A stretch of 64,000 bases of DNA. It comes from Sedimentisphaerales bacterium. GTDB lineage: Bacteria > Planctomycetota > Phycisphaerae > Sedimentisphaerales > SM23-30. The translations under genes and the position numbers were made by a program. Positions 30,799-41,466 of the stretch are shown here, one piece after another (within the stretch, counting starts at the first letter, position 1; each line of letters begins with the position of its first letter). The DNA lies in NCBI GenBank assembly GCA_963666285.1, contig OY762711.1, one strand, 5' to 3'. A model generated the notes under the pieces. The model ran no database searches. It was not told where the DNA came from and saw only the letters and a list, made by a program, of their open reading frames with translations.

Positions 30799-32952
30799 TT
30801 AAGCACCTCCAAGCCGATACGGTTTCCGGCTCTCAAATTCAGCTCTTTTACCATCATTCCATTGATCTACCGGACGCAAATACCCTACAACCCGTGCATA
30901 TACCTCTGAACTCTTACCGCAATCTGGGCAGTTCTCATGCTTTCCGCTAATATACCCATGGTCCGGACAAACACTGAAAATCGGAGATATTGTAAAATAC
31001 GGCAGATGATAATTTCTACACACTTTCCTTATAAACTGTTTTAATGCCTGAGGATCGGACACAGCTTCGCCCAGAAATACATGCAAAACGGTACCGCCGG
31101 TATATTTTGCCTGTAACTCATCTTGCAATTCCAAAACCTGCCATAAATCACTGGTATATTCAACTGGCAGCTGAGTAGAATTAGAATAAACTCTAGGCTC
31201 AGGCCTACCATTAGCCTCTTCATGGCAAGACATATCTGAATATTTCACAAAATCAAGTTTAGCCAGTCGATAAGATGTCCCTTCCGCCGGTGTAGCCTCC
31301 AGGTTATACATATTCCCTGTCTGCTCCTGATATTCCAATAGCTGTTCACGCATGTGGTCCAAAACTTCAGACGCAAATCGTCTGCCAACCTCAGAACCAA
31401 TATCTTCCCCTAAAAGATTAATGCATGCTTCGTTCATACCTATAAGGCCAATTGTTGAGAAATGATTATGCCAGTATTGTTTATGATTCTGAGCAACATA
31501 TCGTAAATAGTATTTTGTATAAGGATATAGATTTTTATCTGTAAACTTTTCCAGCAGTTTCCGCTTAGTTTCCAAGCTCTCTTTGGCCTTCTCCATCAGC
31601 ACATCAAGACGACTAAAGAAGTCCTCTCTATCAGTTGCCAGATGCCCCAGCCGAGGCATATTAATGGTTACCACACCAATCGATCCGGTTAGAGGATTAG
31701 CACCAAACAACCCGCCACCTCTTTTCTCCAGGTGACGCAAATCCAGTCTCAGTCTACAGCACATACTGCGGGCATCTTCAGGATCCATATCAGAATTAAC
31801 ATAATTTGCAAAATAAGGTATACCATACTTCGCTGTCACTTTCCACAACAGGTCAAGCTCCGGGTTCTCCCAGTCGAAGTCGCTACCGATATTGTAAGTT
31901 GGGATGGGAAAAGTAAATACCCTGCCATTAGCATCCCCTTCAGCCATAACCTCCAGAAAAGCCTGGTTAAACATATTCATCTCATTTTGAAATTCAGAAT
32001 ATGTCGCATTTTTATATTCGCCGCCAATTATTACAGGGTTATCTGCCAGCGTAGTCGGTGGCTGCAAATCCATTGTCACATTAGTAAACGGCGTCTGAAA
32101 GCCCACTCGTGTCGGTACATTGACATTAAAAATAAATTCCTGTATCGACTGCTTAACCTCATCGTAACTCAGATTATCATACCTGATAAAAGGAGCTAAC
32201 AATGTATCGATATTTGAAAATGCTTGTGCTCCTGCCGCCTCACCCTGTAATGTATAAAAGAAATTCACAATCTGCCCCAAAGCCGTTCTAAAATGCTTTG
32301 CTGGCTTGCTCTGTATCTTTCCAGGCACTCCACAAAATCCATTTAGCAAAAAATCCTGCAAATCCCAGCCGACACAATAAACACTCAACTGTCCCAAATC
32401 GTGCAAATGAAAATCACCTTCAAGGTGGTAGTTTCTTATCTCTGGCGAATATATTTTATTTAACCAATATATCTTACTGACTTCACTTGAAATATAATTA
32501 TTCAATCCCTGAAGCGAATAAGACATATTGCTGTTTTCCTGAACCTGCCAGTCAAGCTTATCCAGATAACCGTCAACCAGCTCCAACCCTGCTTTATCTA
32601 CTAATTCCCGGATACGTGCATGCTGATCTCGATAGATTATATATGCCTTTGCTGTCTTTTTATAAGGGCTTGTCAGTAATACATCTTCGACCAAATCCTG
32701 TATCTGTTCTACTTCCAATATACTACCAGGAGAAACAGTTTGCGCCAGGCTAAGCACTCTCAGAGTCAACTGTCCGGCAATCTTTTCTTCAAATTCACCT
32801 GTAGCCTTACCCGCAGACGTTATTGCTTTATGAATCTTACTGCTATCAAACTGAACTTTCTGGCCATCTCGTTTTATTACCTGCCGGCAGCTTACGAGTT
32901 CTAACTTATCGACACTACCCATACCAGCAAATGTTGTATCTTGCGTTTTCAT
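30799..32952 (-). CDS. nrdD: class III (glycyl-radical) ribonucleoside-triphosphate reductase with ATP cone
   Basis: VIKRDG ATP cone, RSMCCRL, EATPAEG, CPDHG..CPDC and ARVVGYLRP glycyl loop; ATG 32952 follows GGAG. Confidence 0.94.
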   Translation of the reverse strand: MKTQDTTFAGMGSVDKLELVSCRQVIKRDGQKVQFDSSKIHKAITSAGKATGEFEEKIAGQLTLRVLSLAQTVSPGSILEVEQIQDLVEDVLLTSPYKKTAKAYIIYRDQHARIRELVDKAGLELVDGYLDKLDWQVQENSNMSYSLQGLNNYISSEVSKIYWLNKIYSPEIRNYHLEGDFHLHDLGQLSVYCVGWDLQDFLLNGFCGVPGKIQSKPAKHFRTALGQIVNFFYTLQGEAAGAQAFSNIDTLLAPFIRYDNLSYDEVKQSIQEFIFNVNVPTRVGFQTPFTNVTMDLQPPTTLADNPVIIGGEYKNATYSEFQNEMNMFNQAFLEVMAEGDANGRVFTFPIPTYNIGSDFDWENPELDLLWKVTAKYGIPYFANYVNSDMDPEDARSMCCRLRLDLRHLEKRGGGLFGANPLTGSIGVVTINMPRLGHLATDREDFFSRLDVLMEKAKESLETKRKLLEKFTDKNLYPYTKYYLRYVAQNHKQYWHNHFSTIGLIGMNEACINLLGEDIGSEVGRRFASEVLDHMREQLLEYQEQTGNMYNLEATPAEGTSYRLAKLDFVKYSDMSCHEEANGRPEPRVYSNSTQLPVEYTSDLWQVLELQDELQAKYTGGTVLHVFLGEAVSDPQALKQFIRKVCRNYHLPYFTISPIFSVCPDHGYISGKHENCPDCGKSSEVYARVVGYLRPVDQWNDGKRAEFESRKPYRLGGA

Positions 32953-33180
32953 AGATATCTCCAAAAATACATTCCATTGTTAACTGAAGAGACATCTTAA
33001 CGAGCATCGATACAGGCGCACAAACTCTCTACACCTGGAGAGAACACCCGCGTGAATATCTCCAACAAAACATCTGCAATATAGAAAAATTATCCAGAAA
33101 ATACCATTAGGCACAGAATGAACCTGATAAGGCATTACCGGCTTTTCCCACGAAAGCAGACGCAATCCGCAACCTTGCGG

Positions 33181-33350
33181 GTCACTGGCAGGTATTCGGA
33201 CTCTCAGGCACTTACAAAACCTACTGGCTGTCGCTTCCCACCTATCAAGGCAGTGCTCAATGACAGCTTTCGTTCCTGATAACCGCTGCGGGGCAGTTCC
33301 GGATTCTCACCGGATTCCCTATTGCTTTACATCTTGTGTAAACCAGCAAC
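33181..33350 (-). promoter_or_regulatory. cobalamin riboswitch
   Basis: Minus strand has AATAGGGAATCCGGTGAGAATCCGGAACTGCCCCGCAGCGGT, CACTG..TGGGAAG and a B12 box GAGTCCGAATACCTGCC. Confidence 0.93.
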
Positions 33351-33356
33351 ACAATC

Positions 33357-33385
33357 AATATATATTGTGCGTACAAACCCGTCAA
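33357..33385 (-). promoter_or_regulatory. sigma70-type promoter for the riboswitch-nrdD transcript
   Basis: TTGACG-N17-TATATT; predicted +1 near 33350, at the riboswitch 5' end. Confidence 0.7.
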
Positions 33386-33431
33386 GTACAAAAAGTTTTT
33401 TTACGAAAGATAATTTACGACCATGCTAAAC

Positions 33432-33463
33432 AAAAAAGGGCAACTCTTTACAAGTCACCCTTT
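33432..33463 (-). terminator. intrinsic terminator after valS
   Basis: AAAGGGTGACT..AGTTGCCCTTTTTT on the minus strand. Confidence 0.7.
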
Positions 33464-33558
33464 AAATAATTAATTACAACCTCGCCGCCTGGCAAAACCT
33501 TCGCTTATGTCGAAGATTCGCCCCAGGCGGGCCTTACCCTATCTCACTTGCACCTGTA

Positions 33559-36474
33559 TTAAAGAGCCTCAAGGTTCTTTAATACATCTGCCAGCTGCTC
33601 TTTCATGTCTGCCAGCCTTGCCCGTTCGCTTTCAACAACTTCAGGCTTGGCACGACTGACAAAATTCTCATTGCCCAGCTTACCTTCTACACCCTTGATG
33701 CCCTTTTCCAGCTGTTCCTTCTGTTTTTCCAGACGTTTACGCTCGGCTTCAGTATCTACAACATCATGAACAAATATCTCGATACCCCTGCCAACAGCTA
33801 CCGCCGCATTATTCGGACGAACCGCAAGCTCTGTAAAGCAGCTCAACTGCTTAACTCCGGCAATATTACAGATCAAATCTATCTGGCTGCCGATAATACC
33901 TGCCAGCTCCTCTGACGCCTTAATAGTAACTTCAACCTTATCCTTTGGCGGAACCTGGTTCTTTGTACGCAGCTCACGAATCAAACCAATAGCATCCTGA
34001 ACGACAGCTATCTCATCTTCCGCTGCCCCGTCAAACAAACCTTCTACCGCCTGAGGCCACGCAGCGGTTACCAGAGCATCTGCCGCAGGTAAATCTGCAA
34101 TACCTGCCAGGCCGCGTTCCGGCATCAGGGAGTTCAAATGCTGGTATATTCCTTCCGTTATATACGGTAAGAACGGATGCAGCATTCTCAAACTGCAATC
34201 CAGAACATACGCTAATACACGCTGAGCCGCTCCCTTGCGGCGTTCATCCCACATACGAGGCTTGATAAGCTCCAGGTACCAGTCGCACAGTTCATTCCAG
34301 AAGAATTTATATAATGCATTTATCGGCTCACTGAACTTAAATTCATCCAGCTGCTGGGTAACTTCTGCAATTGTCTTATGTAAGCGAGATAATATCCATT
34401 TATCTTCCAGTTCCAGCTTCAACTCATCAACCGCTGCAATGTTTTCCAGGTTACCCATCGCAAATCGAGATGCGTTCCACAGCTTATTACAGAAGTTACG
34501 ACCAATATCAAACTTTGGCGAACTGTTAGCAGTTCGACCGTCAGGCAGCGTCATCTTCTCAATAGGCATACGCACATCCTGGGTCAGTGTCGTCATCTGG
34601 GCAAGGGCAAACCTCATCGCATCAGCACCGTGACTATCGATAATATCCAGCGGATCGATACCGTTTCCGAGCGATTTACTCATCTTGCGGCCCTGGCCAT
34701 CCTGAATCATAGCGTGGATAAATACATCCTCAAACGGTATATCGCCCAGGCAATACTGCCCCATCATCACCATACGGGAAACCCACAAGGTAATAATCTC
34801 GCGTGCTGTACAGAGAACACTGCCCGGATAATATTTCTCCAAAGCCTCTGTCTCGTCCGGCCAACCCAAAGTGCTAAAAGGCCACAATGCCGAGCTGAAC
34901 CAGGTATCCAGTACATCACAATCACGAACCCAGCCTTCACTCTCGATAGCTTTCTCTAGCTCTTCAAAGCCAGGTTTGACACAAAGATAGGTAACTTTGC
35001 CATTATCGGTATCCATTACCCGATGAACAGTGCCATACTCACAGCGGTTAGGATGTTCACCTTCCTTACACCATACAGGTATCTGATGCCCCCACCATAA
35101 CTGACGGCTAATCGGCCAGTCACGCAGGTTCTCCAGCCATACCTGGTAATTTTTATTATATCTGTCAGGCGTTATCCTCAGTTTACCGTCCAGCAGCGGC
35201 TTTAACGCCATGCCTGCCAGTGAATTAGCCGGTACATCAGTATCAGCCAGCAGGTCGGTACCAAATTTATCAGCCTGGTTCTCAATCGGCTTTTTAACCG
35301 CAACATACCACTGGTCAGACAGATAAGGCTCAATCGGCACGTGGCTTCGATAGCTGTGACCTACTTCATGAGCATAATCGACAACCTTTTCCAGTAATCC
35401 TTCACTCTCAAACCAGTCAACAATCGCCTTACGGGCTTCAAAACGATCCATTCCCAGGAACTGCTCGGCATCGCTGCCAACTGCATCTTCCCAGCCATAC
35501 TGGTCACTTATACTGCCATCCGGTGCCATTACATTTATCACTTCAAGGTCATGTCTCAGGCCTATTTCCCAGTCGTTCGGGTCATGGGCTGGAGTAACCT
35601 TCAGAAATCCGGTCGAAAATCTTGCTTTTTCATCTTCACTTTCAGGATCTGGTAATACCACATGCTGGTCAGCAACAATAGGTATCTCACGACCAACCAA
35701 CGGCAGACGCAGCATCTTACCTACCAGGGCGTCAGCTCTCGGGTCCGCAGGGTTCATCGCTACCGCTGTATCACCCAGCATAGTTTCTGGACGAGTCGTT
35801 GCAACCGTCACATATTGCACTGTTTCCGCATTAAGATCCACCGGCTCAACCAATGGATAACGCAGATACCAGAAAAAGCCCGGTACGGTCTTATGTTCTA
35901 CCTCATCATCCGCCAACACTGTTTGTGTCGCCGGATCCCAGTTTACCAGCCGCTTGCCGCGATAGATCAACTCATCACTAAACAGCTTGAAGAACACCTG
36001 GCGAACAGCTTTCGCACAAACCTCATCCATTGTGAAACGAACACGGTCCCAATCGCAGCTGCAGCCCATCATTTTGAGCTGATTGACGATTTTTGCCTCA
36101 TATTCATCTTTCCACTGCTGAATACGCCCGACAAATACTTCCCGCTCGAAATCAGTGCGACGTTTGCCTTCTTCTGCCAGGATTCGCTTTTCTACAACAG
36201 TCTGGGTCGCAATACCGGCATGGTCAGTACCAGGCATCCATAGCGTATTTTTACCTTGCATACGACGCATACGGATAAGGATATCCTGCAATGTATTATT
36301 CAATGCATGGCCCAGGTGTAATGCAGCGGTAACATTTGGCGGCGGAATAACTATTGTATATGAATCTCCCGGTGCCTTCGGATCAGCGGCAAAACTGCCC
36401 TTATTGGCCCATAGCTCCAAGGCCTCTTTTTCTATTTTATTAGGCTCGTAAACCTTACTCAGCTCTTGTGTCAT
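33559..36474 (-). CDS. valS: valine--tRNA ligase
   Basis: PPPNVT..LHLGH, DHAGIATQ, KMSKS and C-terminal coiled coil. Confidence 0.97.
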   Translation of the reverse strand: MTQELSKVYEPNKIEKEALELWANKGSFAADPKAPGDSYTIVIPPPNVTAALHLGHALNNTLQDILIRMRRMQGKNTLWMPGTDHAGIATQTVVEKRILAEEGKRRTDFEREVFVGRIQQWKDEYEAKIVNQLKMMGCSCDWDRVRFTMDEVCAKAVRQVFFKLFSDELIYRGKRLVNWDPATQTVLADDEVEHKTVPGFFWYLRYPLVEPVDLNAETVQYVTVATTRPETMLGDTAVAMNPADPRADALVGKMLRLPLVGREIPIVADQHVVLPDPESEDEKARFSTGFLKVTPAHDPNDWEIGLRHDLEVINVMAPDGSISDQYGWEDAVGSDAEQFLGMDRFEARKAIVDWFESEGLLEKVVDYAHEVGHSYRSHVPIEPYLSDQWYVAVKKPIENQADKFGTDLLADTDVPANSLAGMALKPLLDGKLRITPDRYNKNYQVWLENLRDWPISRQLWWGHQIPVWCKEGEHPNRCEYGTVHRVMDTDNGKVTYLCVKPGFEELEKAIESEGWVRDCDVLDTWFSSALWPFSTLGWPDETEALEKYYPGSVLCTAREIITLWVSRMVMMGQYCLGDIPFEDVFIHAMIQDGQGRKMSKSLGNGIDPLDIIDSHGADAMRFALAQMTTLTQDVRMPIEKMTLPDGRTANSSPKFDIGRNFCNKLWNASRFAMGNLENIAAVDELKLELEDKWILSRLHKTIAEVTQQLDEFKFSEPINALYKFFWNELCDWYLELIKPRMWDERRKGAAQRVLAYVLDCSLRMLHPFLPYITEGIYQHLNSLMPERGLAGIADLPAADALVTAAWPQAVEGLFDGAAEDEIAVVQDAIGLIRELRTKNQVPPKDKVEVTIKASEELAGIIGSQIDLICNIAGVKQLSCFTELAVRPNNAAVAVGRGIEIFVHDVVDTEAERKRLEKQKEQLEKGIKGVEGKLGNENFVSRAKPEVVESERARLADMKEQLADVLKNLEAL

Positions 36475-36939
36475 TTCATAAGTTCCTGAAAAATATATAC
36501 TTAATCTCCAATTACAAAGATTAAATATTATAACCGGAACTCAAGGCAAGGTCAAGCCGCCAAAATACCCATAAAATCTAACCTCCTAGTCCTATAAATA
36601 CTCAAAGAAACATATATCAGATAATTATTTTTTTATAAAATAAATACGATTAAATATAAAGTTACATTATTGCCAGCAACAATAAAAGCCTTCTAATACC
36701 TCAAAATAAATGTTTCATTCTCTCGGCGGACTCTTAAAAATAATCACCCAATAAGATCATATTTAACCACATCTTACAATACCATTATCTTAGCTAAAGT
36801 TAAATAATCTATAGGGCGATACCCTGAACATGGGCTAATTGATATCTTTTATCGATATCACTTAAACAAATACAACATTAAAAAACATCAAAAACGACAA
36901 AAAATAACCAAATACTACTTAGTCTAAAGAGGCAACAGC

Positions 36940-39900
36940 ATGAGCACAAAAAAACTAAACCTGGAAACACTGGAAAATAGAGTACTTCTTTCTGTAGACC
37001 TGCCCGTTGAAGCAGCACTTGTTGACGGAAGCGTCTATGAAGGTGATTTTGACAGTATAAATGATACAGACAGCTTTAGTTTTCAGGCCGAAGCCGGCAA
37101 AACATATCATATTCGCTGCGAAAGCCGCGGGACAGAAAGCATCCCTGATGACGGCAGCGGACTACCGGAACTATATGAAGTTACCGGATACACCGACCCA
37201 GTACTAACTTTGTACGGCCCGGATGGAAACACAGTCATTACATCAGATGATGATTCGGGTATTGATAGCGGAGCATATATCGAATGGACAGCCGAAGCCA
37301 CAGGTACTTATTACTTCCAGGCCGAGCCCTTCCAGAACAGTTTAAAGAATTTCGAACCGGGCGAATACTCAGTCTCACTCACTGAAGGTAATGCTGACTG
37401 GACAATAATGATGTACTATAGCTACGATAACAACCTTGAACGCACACTCACTTCTGAGATTACTAACATCATCAAAGCTGTAGAAGAGGCTACCACAGGT
37501 GGTATTGTGCCATCTGTCAATATTGTCGCACTCACTGACGGTAGTGCAGATTATGACTATTCGGAATTGGAGTTTGAATTAGATGGAAACACTATCGGCC
37601 CATTCGATCTTGACTGGTACGAATCAACAATTTACTGGTCATTTTCTCCTTACCTTACCGCAGTGGATGTCGGTGAAAAAAATTGCGGTGATCCTGATAC
37701 ACTAACTGACTTCGTAGACTGGGCTATGGAACTCTATCCTGCCGACAACTACTCTTTATTCATCGGTGACCATGGAGGCCAGTATTACGGTATGTGCTGG
37801 GACGAAGGCAGCGATGACGACCACATAACAATGGACGAGGTCAGCGATCTAAGTAAACACATGCAGGACAATAATATCAATATTGATTTAATGGTAATGG
37901 AAACCTGCCTGCTGGCCGGAATAGAACCGGCATACCAGTTTGCTGAAATGACCGACTATTACCTGGCTTCAGAACCAACTACATGGGGATCTGTTTATAG
38001 CGGCCATGAATATAACGTTCACGATGTATTCTCCGATCTATTTGCTGCTCCGGCATCAACTCCCGAAGAATTAGGAAATATATTCCTTGATAATTTCATG
38101 GATATGAGCGATGAAATATATCAGGGCAACCCAATCGCACATGAGATCGAATATGCCCCAAGTGCTGTTAGTCTGGCTGACACTTCAAAACTGGATGCTC
38201 TCGTCGACACAATAGATGTTTTCAGTGACTATATGCTTAACGATGCCGATGACAACGACTGGCTTGCTATCGATACAGCCAGAAGAGACGCCCTGCAATT
38301 GGAAGATATGGTATTTTATAATCGATTCTGCGACCTTGGAGACCTGATGGAAAAAGTTCAGGAATATTCAGACAATCCTGAACTTATAACAATTGCCGGC
38401 AGTATTTCCGACGCAATCGATGACGCAATTGTCAATATTATATATGACCGTCATGCCAAGGACGCTACCGGTCTGACCATCTCAATGCCATTGCCGGAGC
38501 AATTAGATAGTTACACAACCATAAGTGACTTATATTCTTTGATCACAATCAAGGAATATGACAATACCATCGATTTTCTACAGGAAACCAGCTGGGACAG
38601 ATTCCTCTACAACTATCTGACTCGCGACTTCTCCTCTTTAGCTGATTCATACGCCGATTCCATTGAGACTGCCGCTGTATTAGCAACTCCGGGGCGTATC
38701 ACAGGATCTATTGACACAATTACAGACAAGGATTTCTACGAATTTACTGCGGTTTCTGGTATTCAGTATTCTATCCGCTGCGATAGTATTGGCGACGGAT
38801 TAAATTCATCACAGACAAATCTGGAATACCTGCATACTATTTTCGGTACAACAGATCCACAAATTACAATATACGATTCTTATGGCAATATTCTGGCTTC
38901 CGATGACGATTCCGGCGTGGACCTGAACGCAATGCTTTCGTGGACCGCTCCTGAAGATGGTACTTACTATATCTGCGTCGATACTTATCAGCAAACCATG
39001 TCACCTTTTGCCGCAGGTGAATACACACTGACAGTCAAAGAGGAACAGGCTAACTGGACCGTTATGCTCTACATGGCTGTCGATAATAACCTGTCCGATG
39101 CTATCAACGAAGAAATATACGCATTACTGGACGCATACCAGGAAACTCTTAGTACAGATATCTGGGATAACATTAACATTGTAGCATTTACTGACGGTTA
39201 CGGCTCCGAGGAAAACAGCTTTACTAACTCTATCTACTGGCAGATTGCACCTGCTCTAGCCGGTGAGGATATGGGCGAGCTGGATAGCGGCGATCCTGTG
39301 ACATTTGTTGATTTTGTCGAATGGGCTGAAACCAACTATCCTGCCGATAATTATCTGTTAATCGACTATAATCATGGCGGCAATCTCACCGGTATGGATT
39401 GGGACGACACCTCAGATTCGAATATTTCTCCGGCTGATTTCACCTATATCAGCGAACAGATCCAGGAACGCGGACTGAAAATTGATGTTTTTGATTTCTC
39501 AATGTGCGTAATGGCTGGCGTTGAAATTGCCTATCAGGGACGAGACATTGCTGACTATCTGGTAGCTGCCGAGCCGCCTACTTTGTCAAACGATTATATC
39601 GGAGCCTGTGATAATATCTATGGTCAGGTGAGTGCAATAGCCGACAATATCAACATAACTCCATATGACCTGGCAAAAACACTCGTCGATCTATACAGAG
39701 AAGATACTCCATATGTTAATAATGAACTTAATTTTTTACCTGACTCAACCAGTATGATAGACACTTCAAACATTGAATCACTGGTTGAGGCGATTGATTC
39801 TTTCAGCAAATATATAATGACCGAAGCTAAGGAATCTGACTGGCAGGCGATCAATGAAGCCAGAAATAATGCCATCAACTTTTACCCCGGTGAAGACTGG

Positions 39901-40992
39901 TACTATAACGCAATGATCGACCTGGGCCAATTTGTCTCTACTATCAGCCAGACAACAAATAATACTGAATTGAAACAGTTGGCAGACAATATTCTGGATG
40001 CACACCAATTGGCGGTACCATATAACGCAACAGACGCAAACGTTAAAGACGCATGGGGACTAACCATTTACCTGCCGGAGCAGGATGCAGAGTTCACCTC
40101 TATTTATTATGATTATGCTACAAATTACGTTGTCAAAGCTGAACTGGATTTCAGTTACGATACATCCTGGGACAACTTTGTAACATATTATGCTACCTTC
40201 GGTTCGATTGCTCCGGCTTGCTCACTGGTTGATATCCCAACCGGAGGAGTTACTTTCTTTGACTCTGACGGAACCAAAGTTAATATTAAGCTGAATAAAG
40301 GTGATGGCTTCATTTATTTCAATGGAGATATCGAAGAAATAAGTAATACCGGATCAAAAATCACCGTATCTGGTTCTGACCTGATGATGAACGAGATTAT
40401 TTTGAAAGAAACCACTCCAAAAAGTACATTAAAAATATCCACTTCGGGAGGTACAGAGAACGGAACTGAGCTCAGCGGAATTAATGACGATTATGCTTAT
40501 GTCGAAGGATCATCTCTAAAGAGTATCTCTGCACCTGGAGTTAACCTTACCGGCGATATTGATATCGATGGATGGCTTGGCTCTGTTAAATTGAATTCTA
40601 TAGGAGACGGAGCCTCAATTCTTTCCGGCAATAATGTTGACAAGCTGCCTAATAAACCTGTTAGCAGTATAAATATTAACAATATAGGTAACGACGTCAC
40701 AATCGATTTGTACGGCATACTAAAATCTCTTACCGCCAACGAATGCCATGCTTCACGCATTGCTGCTTATGATATTGGCACAGTGAAAATCGCTAACAGC
40801 GGCCTAACTGCAAACATTTATAGTTACATAGGTGATATCCAGAAAGTTATTGCTAACGGCGATATCTCAGGACAGATTTTTGCTTACGATGAAATTGGCC
40901 GCATTATTAATCGTTCCGGTAAATTCACCGGTTCTGCCCGCGGAAATATTGGACTAAGCCAGTATAACTTTACCGACCAGGAAATCGAGTAA
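36940..40992 (+). CDS. large acidic extracellular protein: LEPR-XLL-like motif, 2 x (PPC-like domain + clostripain C11 peptidase), beta-rich C-terminus
   Basis: LETLENRVLLS; twice WT.M.Y...DNNL, YPADNY, HGG and Cys (ETCLLAG, SMCVMAG); DP..T.Y....SDDDSG PPC-like segments. Confidence 0.82.
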   Translation: MSTKKLNLETLENRVLLSVDLPVEAALVDGSVYEGDFDSINDTDSFSFQAEAGKTYHIRCESRGTESIPDDGSGLPELYEVTGYTDPVLTLYGPDGNTVITSDDDSGIDSGAYIEWTAEATGTYYFQAEPFQNSLKNFEPGEYSVSLTEGNADWTIMMYYSYDNNLERTLTSEITNIIKAVEEATTGGIVPSVNIVALTDGSADYDYSELEFELDGNTIGPFDLDWYESTIYWSFSPYLTAVDVGEKNCGDPDTLTDFVDWAMELYPADNYSLFIGDHGGQYYGMCWDEGSDDDHITMDEVSDLSKHMQDNNINIDLMVMETCLLAGIEPAYQFAEMTDYYLASEPTTWGSVYSGHEYNVHDVFSDLFAAPASTPEELGNIFLDNFMDMSDEIYQGNPIAHEIEYAPSAVSLADTSKLDALVDTIDVFSDYMLNDADDNDWLAIDTARRDALQLEDMVFYNRFCDLGDLMEKVQEYSDNPELITIAGSISDAIDDAIVNIIYDRHAKDATGLTISMPLPEQLDSYTTISDLYSLITIKEYDNTIDFLQETSWDRFLYNYLTRDFSSLADSYADSIETAAVLATPGRITGSIDTITDKDFYEFTAVSGIQYSIRCDSIGDGLNSSQTNLEYLHTIFGTTDPQITIYDSYGNILASDDDSGVDLNAMLSWTAPEDGTYYICVDTYQQTMSPFAAGEYTLTVKEEQANWTVMLYMAVDNNLSDAINEEIYALLDAYQETLSTDIWDNINIVAFTDGYGSEENSFTNSIYWQIAPALAGEDMGELDSGDPVTFVDFVEWAETNYPADNYLLIDYNHGGNLTGMDWDDTSDSNISPADFTYISEQIQERGLKIDVFDFSMCVMAGVEIAYQGRDIADYLVAAEPPTLSNDYIGACDNIYGQVSAIADNINITPYDLAKTLVDLYREDTPYVNNELNFLPDSTSMIDTSNIESLVEAIDSFSKYIMTEAKESDWQAINEARNNAINFYPGEDWYYNAMIDLGQFVSTISQTTNNTELKQLADNILDAHQLAVPYNATDANVKDAWGLTIYLPEQDAEFTSIYYDYATNYVVKAELDFSYDTSWDNFVTYYATFGSIAPACSLVDIPTGGVTFFDSDGTKVNIKLNKGDGFIYFNGDIEEISNTGSKITVSGSDLMMNEIILKETTPKSTLKISTSGGTENGTELSGINDDYAYVEGSSLKSISAPGVNLTGDIDIDGWLGSVKLNSIGDGASILSGNNVDKLPNKPVSSININNIGNDVTIDLYGILKSLTANECHASRIAAYDIGTVKIANSGLTANIYSYIGDIQKVIANGDISGQIFAYDEIGRIINRSGKFTGSARGNIGLSQYNFTDQEIE

Positions 40993-41179
40993 TAAATATC
41001 ATAATTCCGACGGTTGTACAAAATCTGTAAATTGTATATGTGTAACCCAATATGCATTTTCTGTATATAATTAATAGAAGTACAGAAAAACAAAGGAAGA
41101 CACAGGCAAGCAAAAACATTGCAAACTCATTGTTTGCCGAATGTTACGCTTGCTGCAATTTATTACAGGAAGTACAACC

Positions 41180-41422
41180 ATGACACTCGACCAAACAACA
41201 GAACTATTCAAATGGATGACAATCATAAATATTGGAATTATGATATTAAGCTCAATTGTAGTCATTTTCATCAAAGATTATATTGGCAAAATGCATGGTA
41301 AAATGTTCGGCATAAAGCCGGAAAATATTTCAATCGCTGTTTATGGTTACCTGGGCATAAGTAAAGCCCTGATCATAATCTTCAACATTGTTCCTTATAT
41401 AGCTTTGAGCATAATTTCATAA
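41180..41422 (+). CDS. small membrane protein (DUF6868-like)
   Basis: FKWMTIIN.G...H.KMFG...FNIVPYIAL pattern; ATG follows AGGA. Confidence 0.7.
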   Translation: MTLDQTTELFKWMTIINIGIMILSSIVVIFIKDYIGKMHGKMFGIKPENISIAVYGYLGISKALIIIFNIVPYIALSIIS

Positions 41423-41466
41423 ACTGCCATACGCTAAAAATATATGGAACATGTAGGTGGTATCAA

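Noticed and set aside
32980..33469. Small ORFs (61 and 69 aa) upstream of nrdD
   Set aside because: They overlap the cobalamin riboswitch and its leader, which explain the sequence better
36795..36822. Sigma28-like promoter TAAA-N16-GGCGATAC upstream of the clostripain gene (weaker matches near 2390-2415 and 7418-7445)
   Set aside because: Mismatches to the consensus in AT-rich DNA; not distinguishable from chance without a genome-wide model
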